DNA from: Escherichia phage vB_EcoS_fTaEco03
Reading direction: 5' to 3' (one strand)
Sequence record: MT711528.1
Length of the DNA stretch: 41,972 nt
The notes under the pieces are model-generated. The model had not been told where the DNA came from, ran no database searches, and worked only from the letters and a program-made list of their open reading frames with translations. Positions 17,649 through 26,401 of the stretch are shown in pieces. The first letter of the stretch is position 1; each line of letters starts with the position of its first letter. The position numbers and the translations under genes were made by a program.

Positions 17649-20152
17649 TCCTGCACTACACGCGAAACGCTGATGGCGCTTTCGACCGTACAAAACACGT
17701 CGGGATGCCGATGGAGTTTGTCGTTAACCGTATCCCGGACGGCGTGCCAGTGCGCGTCTACCTCGGCGAAATTGGTGATGATACCGACGTAACTGACGAC
17801 TTCGACGCACTCAAAGACGAATACGCCGTGTACCACATTATAGAGGGTGCTGGTAGCGGGGCGCTTGGTGCTGTTAGTAAGGTGTTCGGTTTTATCCTTA
17901 AGCCAATCGCTAAGTTGTTTGGTCTGAACATGTCCGCAAACGCCAACTATACGGCGACTAACAACCAGACAACATCTCCAAATAATAGCCTCACAGACCG
18001 CTCAAACAAACCACGCCCTTACGAGCGCTCCTATGACATCTGCGGGACTGTGCAGACAATCCCTAATGACCTGATGCAGACGTATAAGGCGTTCAACTCC
18101 ACTGGTGCTTTGCTGGAGTATTCGTACTATGACGCAGGGCGCGGACATCTGCATATTGAGGCTGATGGCGTCACAGAGGGCGACACCCTGATAAGCGACA
18201 TCACAGGTTCCTCTGTTGCCGTATACGCGCCGTATACGTCACCGAACAACACCACATCGCCGCAACTACAAATCGGCGACGTCATCGACCAGAAACTCTA
18301 TGTGACGTACTCTAACGACGACGTTGACGGTATTGTACTGAAAGCGCCAAACGACATTGGAGCTAACCCAAGCGCCGACGGCACAGCTAAACGTATTTCA
18401 AACACCGGCTACATTTATGACCCGTCAGGGGACTCTGCTTTTTCTGAGTTTCTTAGCGTCGGGGATGTCGCGGTTCTGAGCAACTTCGACGTTGCCGATG
18501 TGACTAACCTGAATGGTTCGTTTGAGGTTTTATACGTTGACGACTTCGAAGTGAGATTAGCCGTAAACGGCGCGTCTAACTGGGCAGCGTTGACCAGCGG
18601 GCAAACGTACGCCCTAACAGAGCGTTCAGATACGTTTATCGGCCCGAGCGACACCTATGACGTATCCCTTACAGACTGGTATTACATGGTGCGCGGAGAA
18701 GTTGACCGGGTGCTTGCTAACGTCGCGGGGCAGAACGGCCTCTACAAATACGACGGCGGCTATAACCGCACCAGCGTAACCGTAGAACTCCAGTACCAGA
18801 TGATTGACTCTCGGCGCAACCCATTGAGCGATATTTACACAGTACAGGCTACAATTACCGGTAATAGCACGGATTACGTCGGTACGTCTATCTACGGGCA
18901 ATTGCCTACTGCATCGCGTTTCCGCGCCCGTATGCGCCGTATAACGAATTTTGATAAGGACTACAACGGTACAGTAAGCGACGAGATAACCTTCATCAAC
19001 CTGTACGGGCAGTCGCTGGACACAACCCCACACTACGGCAACCGAACTACCGTGCATTGCGCACGTAAACAGACGCCGCGTGCCGCCAGTATCGACAACC
19101 CAGAACTGCGCATGATTGCGACCGAGATGTGCTACAAATATCTGGGTAATGGGGTATTCGACCCAGTAATGACGCCTAATACACAGGCGGTGCAGTCGCT
19201 AATCAGACTGGCGCGTGACCCGGCGGTTGGTAATCTGGAGCTGACAACGGCAAACATGGACAAGTTACTCGCCGTGCAGGAAGAGATTGAATCTTATTTT
19301 GGCAGCGAATTAGCCGGGCAATTCTGCTACACGTTCGACGACTACGACACGACGATGCAGGACATTGTTCAGACCATAGCTGAAGCCGTGTTCTGTACTG
19401 CGTACCGTAAAGGCGCGGACATTATGCTGCGTTTCGACCGTCCGGTTGCAGGGCCTGAAATGGTGTTCACCCACCGTAGTAAGACGACCGGTACGGAGAA
19501 ATGGACCCGCACGTTCAACGATTCTACGACCTACGATAGCCTGTCGTTCTCGTACATCGACCCGGATACGAACGTACAGGAAACGATTTATATCCCGGAA
19601 GAACTCGGTGCAAACACTGAGGAGTACGAATCGAAGGGCGTGCGCAACTATCAGCAGGCGTACTGGCTGGCATGGCGTCGCTACCAGCGCAATGCGTTAA
19701 GTAAAGTTGTCGTAGAGTTCGAAGCTACCGAAGAGGGGGCACTCGCTACACCTGGCGGCGTAATCAGCGTGGTTAAAGGCTCACGCATCGCGCCGCAGGA
19801 TGGTTATGTTGTTGCCGTTAACGGGCTTACGCTTACGCTGTCTCAGCCAGTTACGTTTACCCCCGGAGACGACCACTCCATCATCCTCAAGAAGCGCGAT
19901 GGCTCTGTGCAGAGTATCTCGGTTATCAAAGGAAGCCACGACCGCGAGGTGATTATGCTCTCCGCGCCGGAAGAAGCAATCTACACGGGGAATAGCGCGC
20001 TAAAAACTGAGTTTTCATTCGGCAACGAAGCAAGGCATAATGCTCAGAAGATAGTTGTTTCTTCAATCGACCCGGGCGACGACCGCACGGTCAAGATTAC
20101 TGGCTACAACTATGACGACGGATTCTATAAATACGACGGCGTCGCGCCATAA
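17639..20152 (+). CDS. Tail tip / central tail fibre protein (gpJ-like)
   Basis: 837 aa ORF after small tail genes; track start is TTG 17639 (GGAG 8 nt upstream); alternative ATG 17705. Confidence 0.55.
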   Translation: MAIILHYTRNADGAFDRTKHVGMPMEFVVNRIPDGVPVRVYLGEIGDDTDVTDDFDALKDEYAVYHIIEGAGSGALGAVSKVFGFILKPIAKLFGLNMSANANYTATNNQTTSPNNSLTDRSNKPRPYERSYDICGTVQTIPNDLMQTYKAFNSTGALLEYSYYDAGRGHLHIEADGVTEGDTLISDITGSSVAVYAPYTSPNNTTSPQLQIGDVIDQKLYVTYSNDDVDGIVLKAPNDIGANPSADGTAKRISNTGYIYDPSGDSAFSEFLSVGDVAVLSNFDVADVTNLNGSFEVLYVDDFEVRLAVNGASNWAALTSGQTYALTERSDTFIGPSDTYDVSLTDWYYMVRGEVDRVLANVAGQNGLYKYDGGYNRTSVTVELQYQMIDSRRNPLSDIYTVQATITGNSTDYVGTSIYGQLPTASRFRARMRRITNFDKDYNGTVSDEITFINLYGQSLDTTPHYGNRTTVHCARKQTPRAASIDNPELRMIATEMCYKYLGNGVFDPVMTPNTQAVQSLIRLARDPAVGNLELTTANMDKLLAVQEEIESYFGSELAGQFCYTFDDYDTTMQDIVQTIAEAVFCTAYRKGADIMLRFDRPVAGPEMVFTHRSKTTGTEKWTRTFNDSTTYDSLSFSYIDPDTNVQETIYIPEELGANTEEYESKGVRNYQQAYWLAWRRYQRNALSKVVVEFEATEEGALATPGGVISVVKGSRIAPQDGYVVAVNGLTLTLSQPVTFTPGDDHSIILKKRDGSVQSISVIKGSHDREVIMLSAPEEAIYTGNSALKTEFSFGNEARHNAQKIVVSSIDPGDDRTVKITGYNYDDGFYKYDGVAP

Positions 20153-20206
20153 GGCAGCGGTTTCTCCGATGGATTCAGCAATGGTTTTAATTAAAGAGGA
20201 CTCTAT

Positions 20207-23161
20207 ATGTCAAGCGGATGTGGTGACGTTTTAAGCCTGGCGGATTTACAGACCGCCAAGAAGCACCAGATTTTTGAAGCCGAGGTTATCACGGGTAAAT
20301 CCGGCGGAGTAGCCGGGGGCGCAGATATTGATTACGCGACAAACCAGGTTACAGGGCAGACCCAGAAGACACTACCTGCCGTGTTGCGTGACGCTGGTTT
20401 TAAACTGGCAGATTTTGATTTCACGTCAGGCGGTACACTATCCGCTAACGACCGAAACACCGCAGTTTTGTGGCCGTCGTCCTCTGGTGGCGATGGGGAT
20501 TGGTACCATTGGTTGGGCGCTCTGCCAAAAACTATCCCGGCGTCATCTTCTCCGCAGTCCACCGGTGGCGTGGCAGATGGGGCGTGGCAGCCTGTCGGGT
20601 CGGTCATACTGCGGCAGCAAATATCTGATGTAAACGGTGCAATTCTGTACCCAGATTTACATGTGGCGCGATGGAAGGACGAATACGACCCGCGCGCATG
20701 GGGCGCCGTGGGCGACGGCGTAACTGATGATACTCAATCTATTTTTAATGTATTAGCAGCTTCCCACAACAATTGGATTATAGACGGCAGGGGCTTGACT
20801 TATAAAGTTTCCCAATTACCTGACATTAGTAAATTTAAGAATGCTGCATTCGTTTACGAGCGCGTAGCTGGGCAACCGCTTACTTATGTAGCTGATGGCT
20901 TCTTTAACAGCTCACTAACTAAGGTGACGGATACCCCGTTCTACAACGCATGGACGCAGGATAAAACTTTCGTCTACGACAATGTTATTTACGCTCCCTT
21001 TATGGCAGGCGAACGACATGGCGTTCAAAACTTACATGTAGCTTGGGTTCGCTCTGGTGACGACGGGCAGACTTGGTCAATGCCTGAGTGGTTGACCCCA
21101 ATCCATGCTGACTATAATGCTAGTGTTTCCGCGGACAGAGTTAACTACCACTGCATGAGCATGGGTACGTGCGGCAACCGATTATATGCAGTTATAGAAA
21201 CCCGCTACTTATCTAATATGCGGATGAAGAAGGCAGAACTTTGGTCACGCCCAATGCCGTATTTTAGACACCCAACCGGCGGAATAACTATTAGTTCTGG
21301 TTCCACTACTGCTACCATTGTTATAGAAAATCACGGCCTAAAAGCAGGAGATGCGGTTAACTTCTCTAATACATCGGCAACTGGCGTATCGGGTAATATG
21401 ACGGTTGCGTCTATAATTAACCGAAATACGTTCACTGTTACGCTCTCAAGCCCGGCGAGTTCCACCATAAACAATGCGGGTGTTACCTGGAACTTCGCAA
21501 CGCGATTCTGGGACAGCCCGTGGGAAATTACCGAATTGCCTGGGGTAGCATACTCCACTAACGCTGATTTGTGTGTCACGGAGACACATAGTTTTGCGGT
21601 TATAGACGATGTTAACTACACTATCGCTGTCGGCTATCACAACGGCGATGTGTCCCCTAGGCGTCTCGGTGTCTTGTATTTTAGTAACGTGTATGACAAT
21701 CCTGGCGTATTCGTTCGTCGCACTGTCGCTCAGGCATACGCTGATAACGCTTCTGAGCCGTGCGTGAAAAGTTATGGTGGTGTGTTATACCTTACCACAC
21801 GCGGCACATTACCTACTTCCCCTGGCTCTACACTGGCGATGAGCACCGATTCTGGGCAAAACTGGAGCTACTTGCGATTTCCGAACAATGTACATCACTC
21901 CAATCTTCCGTTCGCTAAAGTAGGTGACTATCTCTACATCTTTGGTACAGAACGTGCCTTTGGTGAGTGGGAAGGTGGTGAGCAGGACAGCCGCTATGAA
22001 GGTTCGTATCCGAGGACCTTTATGTGCAAAGTTAATGTGTCGTCCTGGCCTTCATCTTTAGATGATGTTCAGTGGTTTAATATTACCGACCAAATATACC
22101 AGGGTCATATCGTTAACTCTGCTGTCGGCGTCGGCTCGGTCTGTGTTAAAGATGGCTGGTTGTACTATATCTTTGGTGGGGAAGACTTCTTCTCTCCCTG
22201 GAGCATAGGGGATAACAGTGCGAAGTTATGGTACAAACATGATGGGCATCCGGCTGACTTATATAGCTACCGGATAAAGATTGAAGACCACCCGTATGTA
22301 TCCCGTGATTTCAAATACGGAGCAACTCCTAACCGTACACTACCTGTCGCCATGGGGGTAGATGGTGTACGTCATGTAGGGGCACCTTTAACATTTGATA
22401 ATGATGTAAGCGTGTACTCACTGCATGTAACGGGGCTGGAATACGATGGTACACAACAGTCCGCCGTGCGTGCACAGTTTGATGGTGATTACGGGCTGAT
22501 TTCAAAAACAGTCCCCACTAAAAACCCATCGGGTCAAAGACTGATAGTTAGCGGTGGTGATGGTGTATCCAGTTCCGATGGTGCGTTGCTGCAACTGTAC
22601 GGGGCAAACCATGCAACGCCTAACAGGGCTATTATGTATGCGTCAGGAGGCTTCTACTCATACAACAATTTTCTTCCTTACTTAGACTCGCAAGTGTCTT
22701 TAGGTTCGGCAGGTAATAGGTGGACTACGGTGTACGCGACCACCGGTACGATAAATACGTCTGATGGTACACTTAAGACGAATAAAGAGGAAATTGAGGG
22801 ACAACTCCTTACCGCATGGGAAGATATACATGTAATATCTTTTAAGTGGCTTGAAAGCCTAGCAATCAAGGGTGACACTGCAAGGATACACTTCGGTGTG
22901 ATAGCCCAAGATGTGCGAGACATCTTGGTCAACCATGGGCTTATGGAGAAAGATTCTACCGATTGTAAATATGCTTTCTTGTGCTACGACCCAATTGAAG
23001 CTGCGTATGATATTGATGAAGATGGCCAGACTGTACAAGTATCCCCTCCCGGCGGCAGATGGGGGGTTAGGGCGGACCAGATGTTCTTCATAGAGATTGC
23101 CTATCAGCGTAAGAAGATGCGCGAGTTCGAGAAGAGGCTGGCAGCACTAGAAGATAAATAA
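20207..23161 (+). CDS. Tailspike with sialidase-like Asp-boxes and C-terminal intramolecular chaperone (putative endosialidase)
   Basis: 984 aa; Asp-box motifs SGDDGQTW and STDSGQNW; C-terminal ~150 aa resembles self-cleaving chaperone domain with S-D-G-T-L-K motif. Confidence 0.65.
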   Translation: MSSGCGDVLSLADLQTAKKHQIFEAEVITGKSGGVAGGADIDYATNQVTGQTQKTLPAVLRDAGFKLADFDFTSGGTLSANDRNTAVLWPSSSGGDGDWYHWLGALPKTIPASSSPQSTGGVADGAWQPVGSVILRQQISDVNGAILYPDLHVARWKDEYDPRAWGAVGDGVTDDTQSIFNVLAASHNNWIIDGRGLTYKVSQLPDISKFKNAAFVYERVAGQPLTYVADGFFNSSLTKVTDTPFYNAWTQDKTFVYDNVIYAPFMAGERHGVQNLHVAWVRSGDDGQTWSMPEWLTPIHADYNASVSADRVNYHCMSMGTCGNRLYAVIETRYLSNMRMKKAELWSRPMPYFRHPTGGITISSGSTTATIVIENHGLKAGDAVNFSNTSATGVSGNMTVASIINRNTFTVTLSSPASSTINNAGVTWNFATRFWDSPWEITELPGVAYSTNADLCVTETHSFAVIDDVNYTIAVGYHNGDVSPRRLGVLYFSNVYDNPGVFVRRTVAQAYADNASEPCVKSYGGVLYLTTRGTLPTSPGSTLAMSTDSGQNWSYLRFPNNVHHSNLPFAKVGDYLYIFGTERAFGEWEGGEQDSRYEGSYPRTFMCKVNVSSWPSSLDDVQWFNITDQIYQGHIVNSAVGVGSVCVKDGWLYYIFGGEDFFSPWSIGDNSAKLWYKHDGHPADLYSYRIKIEDHPYVSRDFKYGATPNRTLPVAMGVDGVRHVGAPLTFDNDVSVYSLHVTGLEYDGTQQSAVRAQFDGDYGLISKTVPTKNPSGQRLIVSGGDGVSSSDGALLQLYGANHATPNRAIMYASGGFYSYNNFLPYLDSQVSLGSAGNRWTTVYATTGTINTSDGTLKTNKEEIEGQLLTAWEDIHVISFKWLESLAIKGDTARIHFGVIAQDVRDILVNHGLMEKDSTDCKYAFLCYDPIEAAYDIDEDGQTVQVSPPGGRWGVRADQMFFIEIAYQRKKMREFEKRLAALEDK

Positions 23162-23165
23162 AACT

Positions 23166-23187
23166 AAGGCCCCAAACGGGGCCTTTT
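23166..23187. terminator. Bidirectional terminator between tailspike and minus-strand replication operon
   Basis: aaggccccAAACggggcctt followed by T-run; near-identical to hairpin at 10640. Confidence 0.7.
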
Positions 23188-23189
23188 CT

Positions 23190-23327
23190 CTACTCTTCTG
23201 ATAACTTCTCCAGTACAAACGCCAGTTGCGCATTAGCGGCGTCTCTTTGCTGCCGTAGTCGTAGAACCTCCTCCTCAAGTTCCTTGATACGTTTTTGCAA
23301 TGCCGGAATCGGGGCTATGATGTTCAT
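23190..23327 (-). CDS. Small coiled-coil protein (45 aa), hypothetical
   Basis: ATGA overlap with helicase stop; GAGGT RBS; leucine-heptad-like sequence IKELEEEVLRLRQQ. Confidence 0.35.
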   Translation of the reverse strand: MNIIAPIPALQKRIKELEEEVLRLRQQRDAANAQLAFVLEKLSEE

Positions 23328-24748
23328 TTCTTACCTCGTCTCTTCATGTAATTAAGCAACTCTTCCTGGACCGATTTCTTCTCGTCAGTACGCGAGGCAA
23401 CAACCTCGTCCAGCGTGTCTTTAGCAACGATGTGATAGAGGAACACTGGTCGCTCGTGGCCCGCCTGCTTCTGGCGCACCGGGCCTATACGCTCGACAAC
23501 CTGCAAATAGTGCTCAAGGTTCCAGCCTTGCGAAATAAACGCCAGATGATGTCCGCCGTCCTGTAAATTCAAGCCATGGCCGGCTGACGCGGGGTGCACG
23601 CATAGGATTTCGATTTCGCCACGGTTCCACGCTTCCATCTGCTTATTACCTTTCGCACCTTTGGCAAACGCCTGCGCCTGTGGGAATCGCTTAAGGATGC
23701 GCTCCAGTTCGTGCTTGAACTGATAAGCCACAAGTAACGGTGCGCCCTGTAGCTCCTCAACAATCGACTCAAGCGCGTCCAGTTTCGTATCGTGTACTTT
23801 CTCCCAGTCTTTGGTTGCCTCACCGTCTGGCCCCGACACATATACGGCACCGGAGGCAATCTGCAAACACTTTGACGTCTTCGCCGCCGCGTTAGCCGCT
23901 TCAACTTCTCCGCTCTCCAGTTCCGCGAATAACTTCTCCTCCATATCTAGGTACGCCTGACGTGCCTTCTTCGGCAGGTCGATTTCAACCGGCACTATAA
24001 TAGGTGCTTCACACCCAAACCACTCAGCGGCGTCAATAGTGAGACTAATGTCCTTCATCTTCTGGTGGATCTCATTATCTGCACCAGGACGCGCATGATA
24101 CTCCCGCGCCATCGCCGACTTACCTTTCTGTACCGAGTTAAACCATCGGTCGGTGAATGCCGTATATGAGGACCCCAGGCGCTCGCCGGCGTCGATAAAC
24201 CAGTTCTGACCCCACAGGTCCTTGAGGCCGTTTGGTGAGGGCGTGCCGGTAAGGTTTATAAAACGCTTAACCTTTCCAAACGCCACCTTACTGAGCGCCT
24301 TTGCCCGCTTGCTACCACCTGAACGGCTGCGGAATGATTTCAGCTTCGTGCTTTCGTCGGCGACGATAACGGTAAAAGGCCAGTCGTCTTTGCCGTAGTA
24401 GTCAATCAGCCATTCGATAACTTCGTAGTTTGTACACACCACGTTAGCGTCTGATTCCAGCGCCGCGATGCGGCGCTTCTCTGAACCTGTCGCGTCTACG
24501 ACACGCAGACATGGGAAATTCCATTTCTCTTGCTCTGCCGGCCATGTGCCGGACGCAACACGTAAAGGAGCCAGAATTAACACGCGGTCGTCGTCCGTAA
24601 GTTGCCCGTTGCGGAACAGGCGGTTTAAAGTCCACAGGACGCTGCCAGTCTTCCCGGCGCCCATGCTCGCCCAAATATTACAGCGATGGTGCTGCAACAT
24701 GAACGAGGTCATGAGCTTCTGGTATTCGCGCCTTTGAAACTTACTCAT
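23324..24748 (-). CDS. SNF2/DEAD-like superfamily II helicase
   Basis: 474 aa; Walker A GAGKTGS, DExx box VIVADEST, motif III-like LTGTP. Confidence 0.75.
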   Translation of the reverse strand: MSKFQRREYQKLMTSFMLQHHRCNIWASMGAGKTGSVLWTLNRLFRNGQLTDDDRVLILAPLRVASGTWPAEQEKWNFPCLRVVDATGSEKRRIAALESDANVVCTNYEVIEWLIDYYGKDDWPFTVIVADESTKLKSFRSRSGGSKRAKALSKVAFGKVKRFINLTGTPSPNGLKDLWGQNWFIDAGERLGSSYTAFTDRWFNSVQKGKSAMAREYHARPGADNEIHQKMKDISLTIDAAEWFGCEAPIIVPVEIDLPKKARQAYLDMEEKLFAELESGEVEAANAAAKTSKCLQIASGAVYVSGPDGEATKDWEKVHDTKLDALESIVEELQGAPLLVAYQFKHELERILKRFPQAQAFAKGAKGNKQMEAWNRGEIEILCVHPASAGHGLNLQDGGHHLAFISQGWNLEHYLQVVERIGPVRQKQAGHERPVFLYHIVAKDTLDEVVASRTDEKKSVQEELLNYMKRRGKK

Positions 24749-25535
24749 TTACGGCCCCCATAAACGCCTTTATAAATTCGGCGGCTACTTGCGGGACGAT
24801 GGCATTGCCGTAACCGCGCAATCGTCCCACTCTGGCGGGTACCCCATTAGCCAGCGGGAATGTGCTGGGTTCAACTGGCCTGAATTTCCCATCCCGGCAT
24901 CCGAGCCAGTCAGCATCTGACCAGAACCCGTTAGGCGGATTGGCTGTGCCAGAGATGCCTCTGTTTGCAGATTGTGGCCCCCGTTCCTGCCCTGATGGCC
25001 TGCTCCCGCCGAGTTGTTCGCACACGGTGTTGGCCAGTTGCTGCGCTCCGAAGAACAATCGATTCCTTTTGTGCGGTGCGCCGACGCTACAAGCTGGGAG
25101 TACGGCAAACCCGACGGCGTAGTCTTCTCTTTCCAGGTGAGTTTGTAAATCGCACATCCACGATTTTGCAATTGCTGCCGCAACCTGCTCCCCAAAGATA
25201 ACTGGAGGGCGGCACTCGCTGATGAGGTCGAGGAACACAGGTGCGAGGTGTCTCTGGTCGAACTGTCCGAGTTGCTTTCCTGCCGTGCTAAACGGTTGGC
25301 AAGGCGGGCTTCCCGTCCAGAGAGGCGCATCTTCCGGAACTCCCGAAAGTCTGAGCGCGAGAGGCCAGCCGCCGATACCAGCGAAAAAATGACACTGGGT
25401 GAACCCGTCAAGGTCTTCTGGTCTAACTTCGGTAATGCTTCTTTCATCTACAACTCCAAAAGGTATGTGACCCTGTTTTATTAATTCACGCAGCCACGCG
25501 GCTGCGCCTTTATCCCATTCGTTGTAATAGTTCAT
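24741..25535 (-). CDS. DNA (cytosine-5) methyltransferase, short form
   Basis: 264 aa; motif I FAGIGG, motif IV PPCQPFS, motif VIII KRNRLFF, motif X GNAIVP. Confidence 0.7.
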   Translation of the reverse strand: MNYYNEWDKGAAAWLRELIKQGHIPFGVVDERSITEVRPEDLDGFTQCHFFAGIGGWPLALRLSGVPEDAPLWTGSPPCQPFSTAGKQLGQFDQRHLAPVFLDLISECRPPVIFGEQVAAAIAKSWMCDLQTHLEREDYAVGFAVLPACSVGAPHKRNRLFFGAQQLANTVCEQLGGSRPSGQERGPQSANRGISGTANPPNGFWSDADWLGCRDGKFRPVEPSTFPLANGVPARVGRLRGYGNAIVPQVAAEFIKAFMGAVNE

Positions 25536-25723
25536 TTCGCCACCAGAACCAGTTCCTTACGCCCGAACGCCGTAACGTTTCCTGTTACATCTTCGATAAC
25601 CAGTTTACCGTTCGACTCGACGAACACCGTATCAACGGCAACAGGGTGGCGGGTCTTAACGTTGAAAATCATATCGCCAGGTACGATGTCACGTGCTGGT
25701 TTACGGTCATATTCGTGTTTCAT
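25532..25723 (-). CDS. Hypothetical protein (63 aa)
   Basis: First ORF downstream of minus-strand promoter 25757-25785; ATGA overlap with methyltransferase. Confidence 0.45.
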   Translation of the reverse strand: MKHEYDRKPARDIVPGDMIFNVKTRHPVAVDTVFVESNGKLVIEDVTGNVTAFGRKELVLVAK

Positions 25724-25753
25724 TTCTCAATTCCTTATATTGTTGGTGTGTGA

Positions 25754-26038
25754 TTAACTATAATAGCTCGCTATTAGGTCGTCAACCTGTTTAAACGAAC
25801 CAACGATAAAAACATTTGCACCGCGTTTACGCATCCGCTCGTGCTCACGTATCTGGTGCGGGTCTGGCTTCGTGTTTTCGTCTTTCTTAACCTCGACGAA
25901 CCATATGACGCCGCCAGGGAGAATTACCAGCAGGTCGGGAGCGCCGGAGCGCCCCTCGTAGGAGAGCTTACGAACGAGGCCGCCGATGGCCTCGAATCGC
26001 TCTTTTGCGTATTTCTGTATTTTGCCTTCCGGTGTCAT
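25754..26038 (-). CDS. VRR-NUC-like PD-(D/E)xK nuclease
   Basis: ~94 aa from ATG 26038 (track began at TTG 26053); motif PDLLVILPGG...VEVKK. Confidence 0.5.
   Translation of the reverse strand: MTPEGKIQKYAKERFEAIGGLVRKLSYEGRSGAPDLLVILPGGVIWFVEVKKDENTKPDPHQIREHERMRKRGANVFIVGSFKQVDDLIASYYS
25757..25785 (-). promoter_or_regulatory. Promoter family member (TTGACG - 17 - TATAGT) with AATAG-N4-CTATT inverted repeat
   Basis: Minus strand reads TTGACGACCTAATAGCGAGCTATTATAGT. Confidence 0.55.
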
Positions 26039-26187
26039 GAGCGCGGAATCCAAGTAAGGAAAGCCCCGCCTAGAACGGCAACGCCAACAAACTTAAAGAA
26101 CAGGCCGTAACAGAACATCGCGGCTATTCCCGCACCGAGTAACAGCGCGAGCATGGTTACTATCGTCCAAAATACAAACATTGTCAT
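26035..26187 (-). CDS. Small hydrophobic membrane protein (50 aa)
   Basis: GAGGGG RBS; hydrophobic throughout; stop overlaps next ATG (ATGA); below ORF-track size cutoff. Confidence 0.3.
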   Translation of the reverse strand: MTMFVFWTIVTMLALLLGAGIAAMFCYGLFFKFVGVAVLGGAFLTWIPRS

Positions 26188-26269
26188 AATACGCACCCCT
26201 CACGTTTCGTATGTTCAATACCACAGCGCGGGCAGATTCGACAGTCTTCTTCATAAAACCAGTAAATTT

Positions 26270-26401
26270 TCATTCCAGCACCCACAGATAAATTGCGATG
26301 AACATGCCCAATATGGCAACCATCATGCCGTATTGACCCTCGTGACAGTAGACACCGGCAGCAAATCCCGCCAGTACCGCGATAATCAGTTTACTTGGCA
26401 T
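26270..26401 (-). CDS. Small hydrophobic membrane protein (43 aa)
   Basis: ATG 8 nt beyond the DNA polymerase stop in another frame; hydrophobic throughout. Confidence 0.3.
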   Translation of the reverse strand: MPSKLIIAVLAGFAAGVYCHEGQYGMMVAILGMFIAIYLWVLE

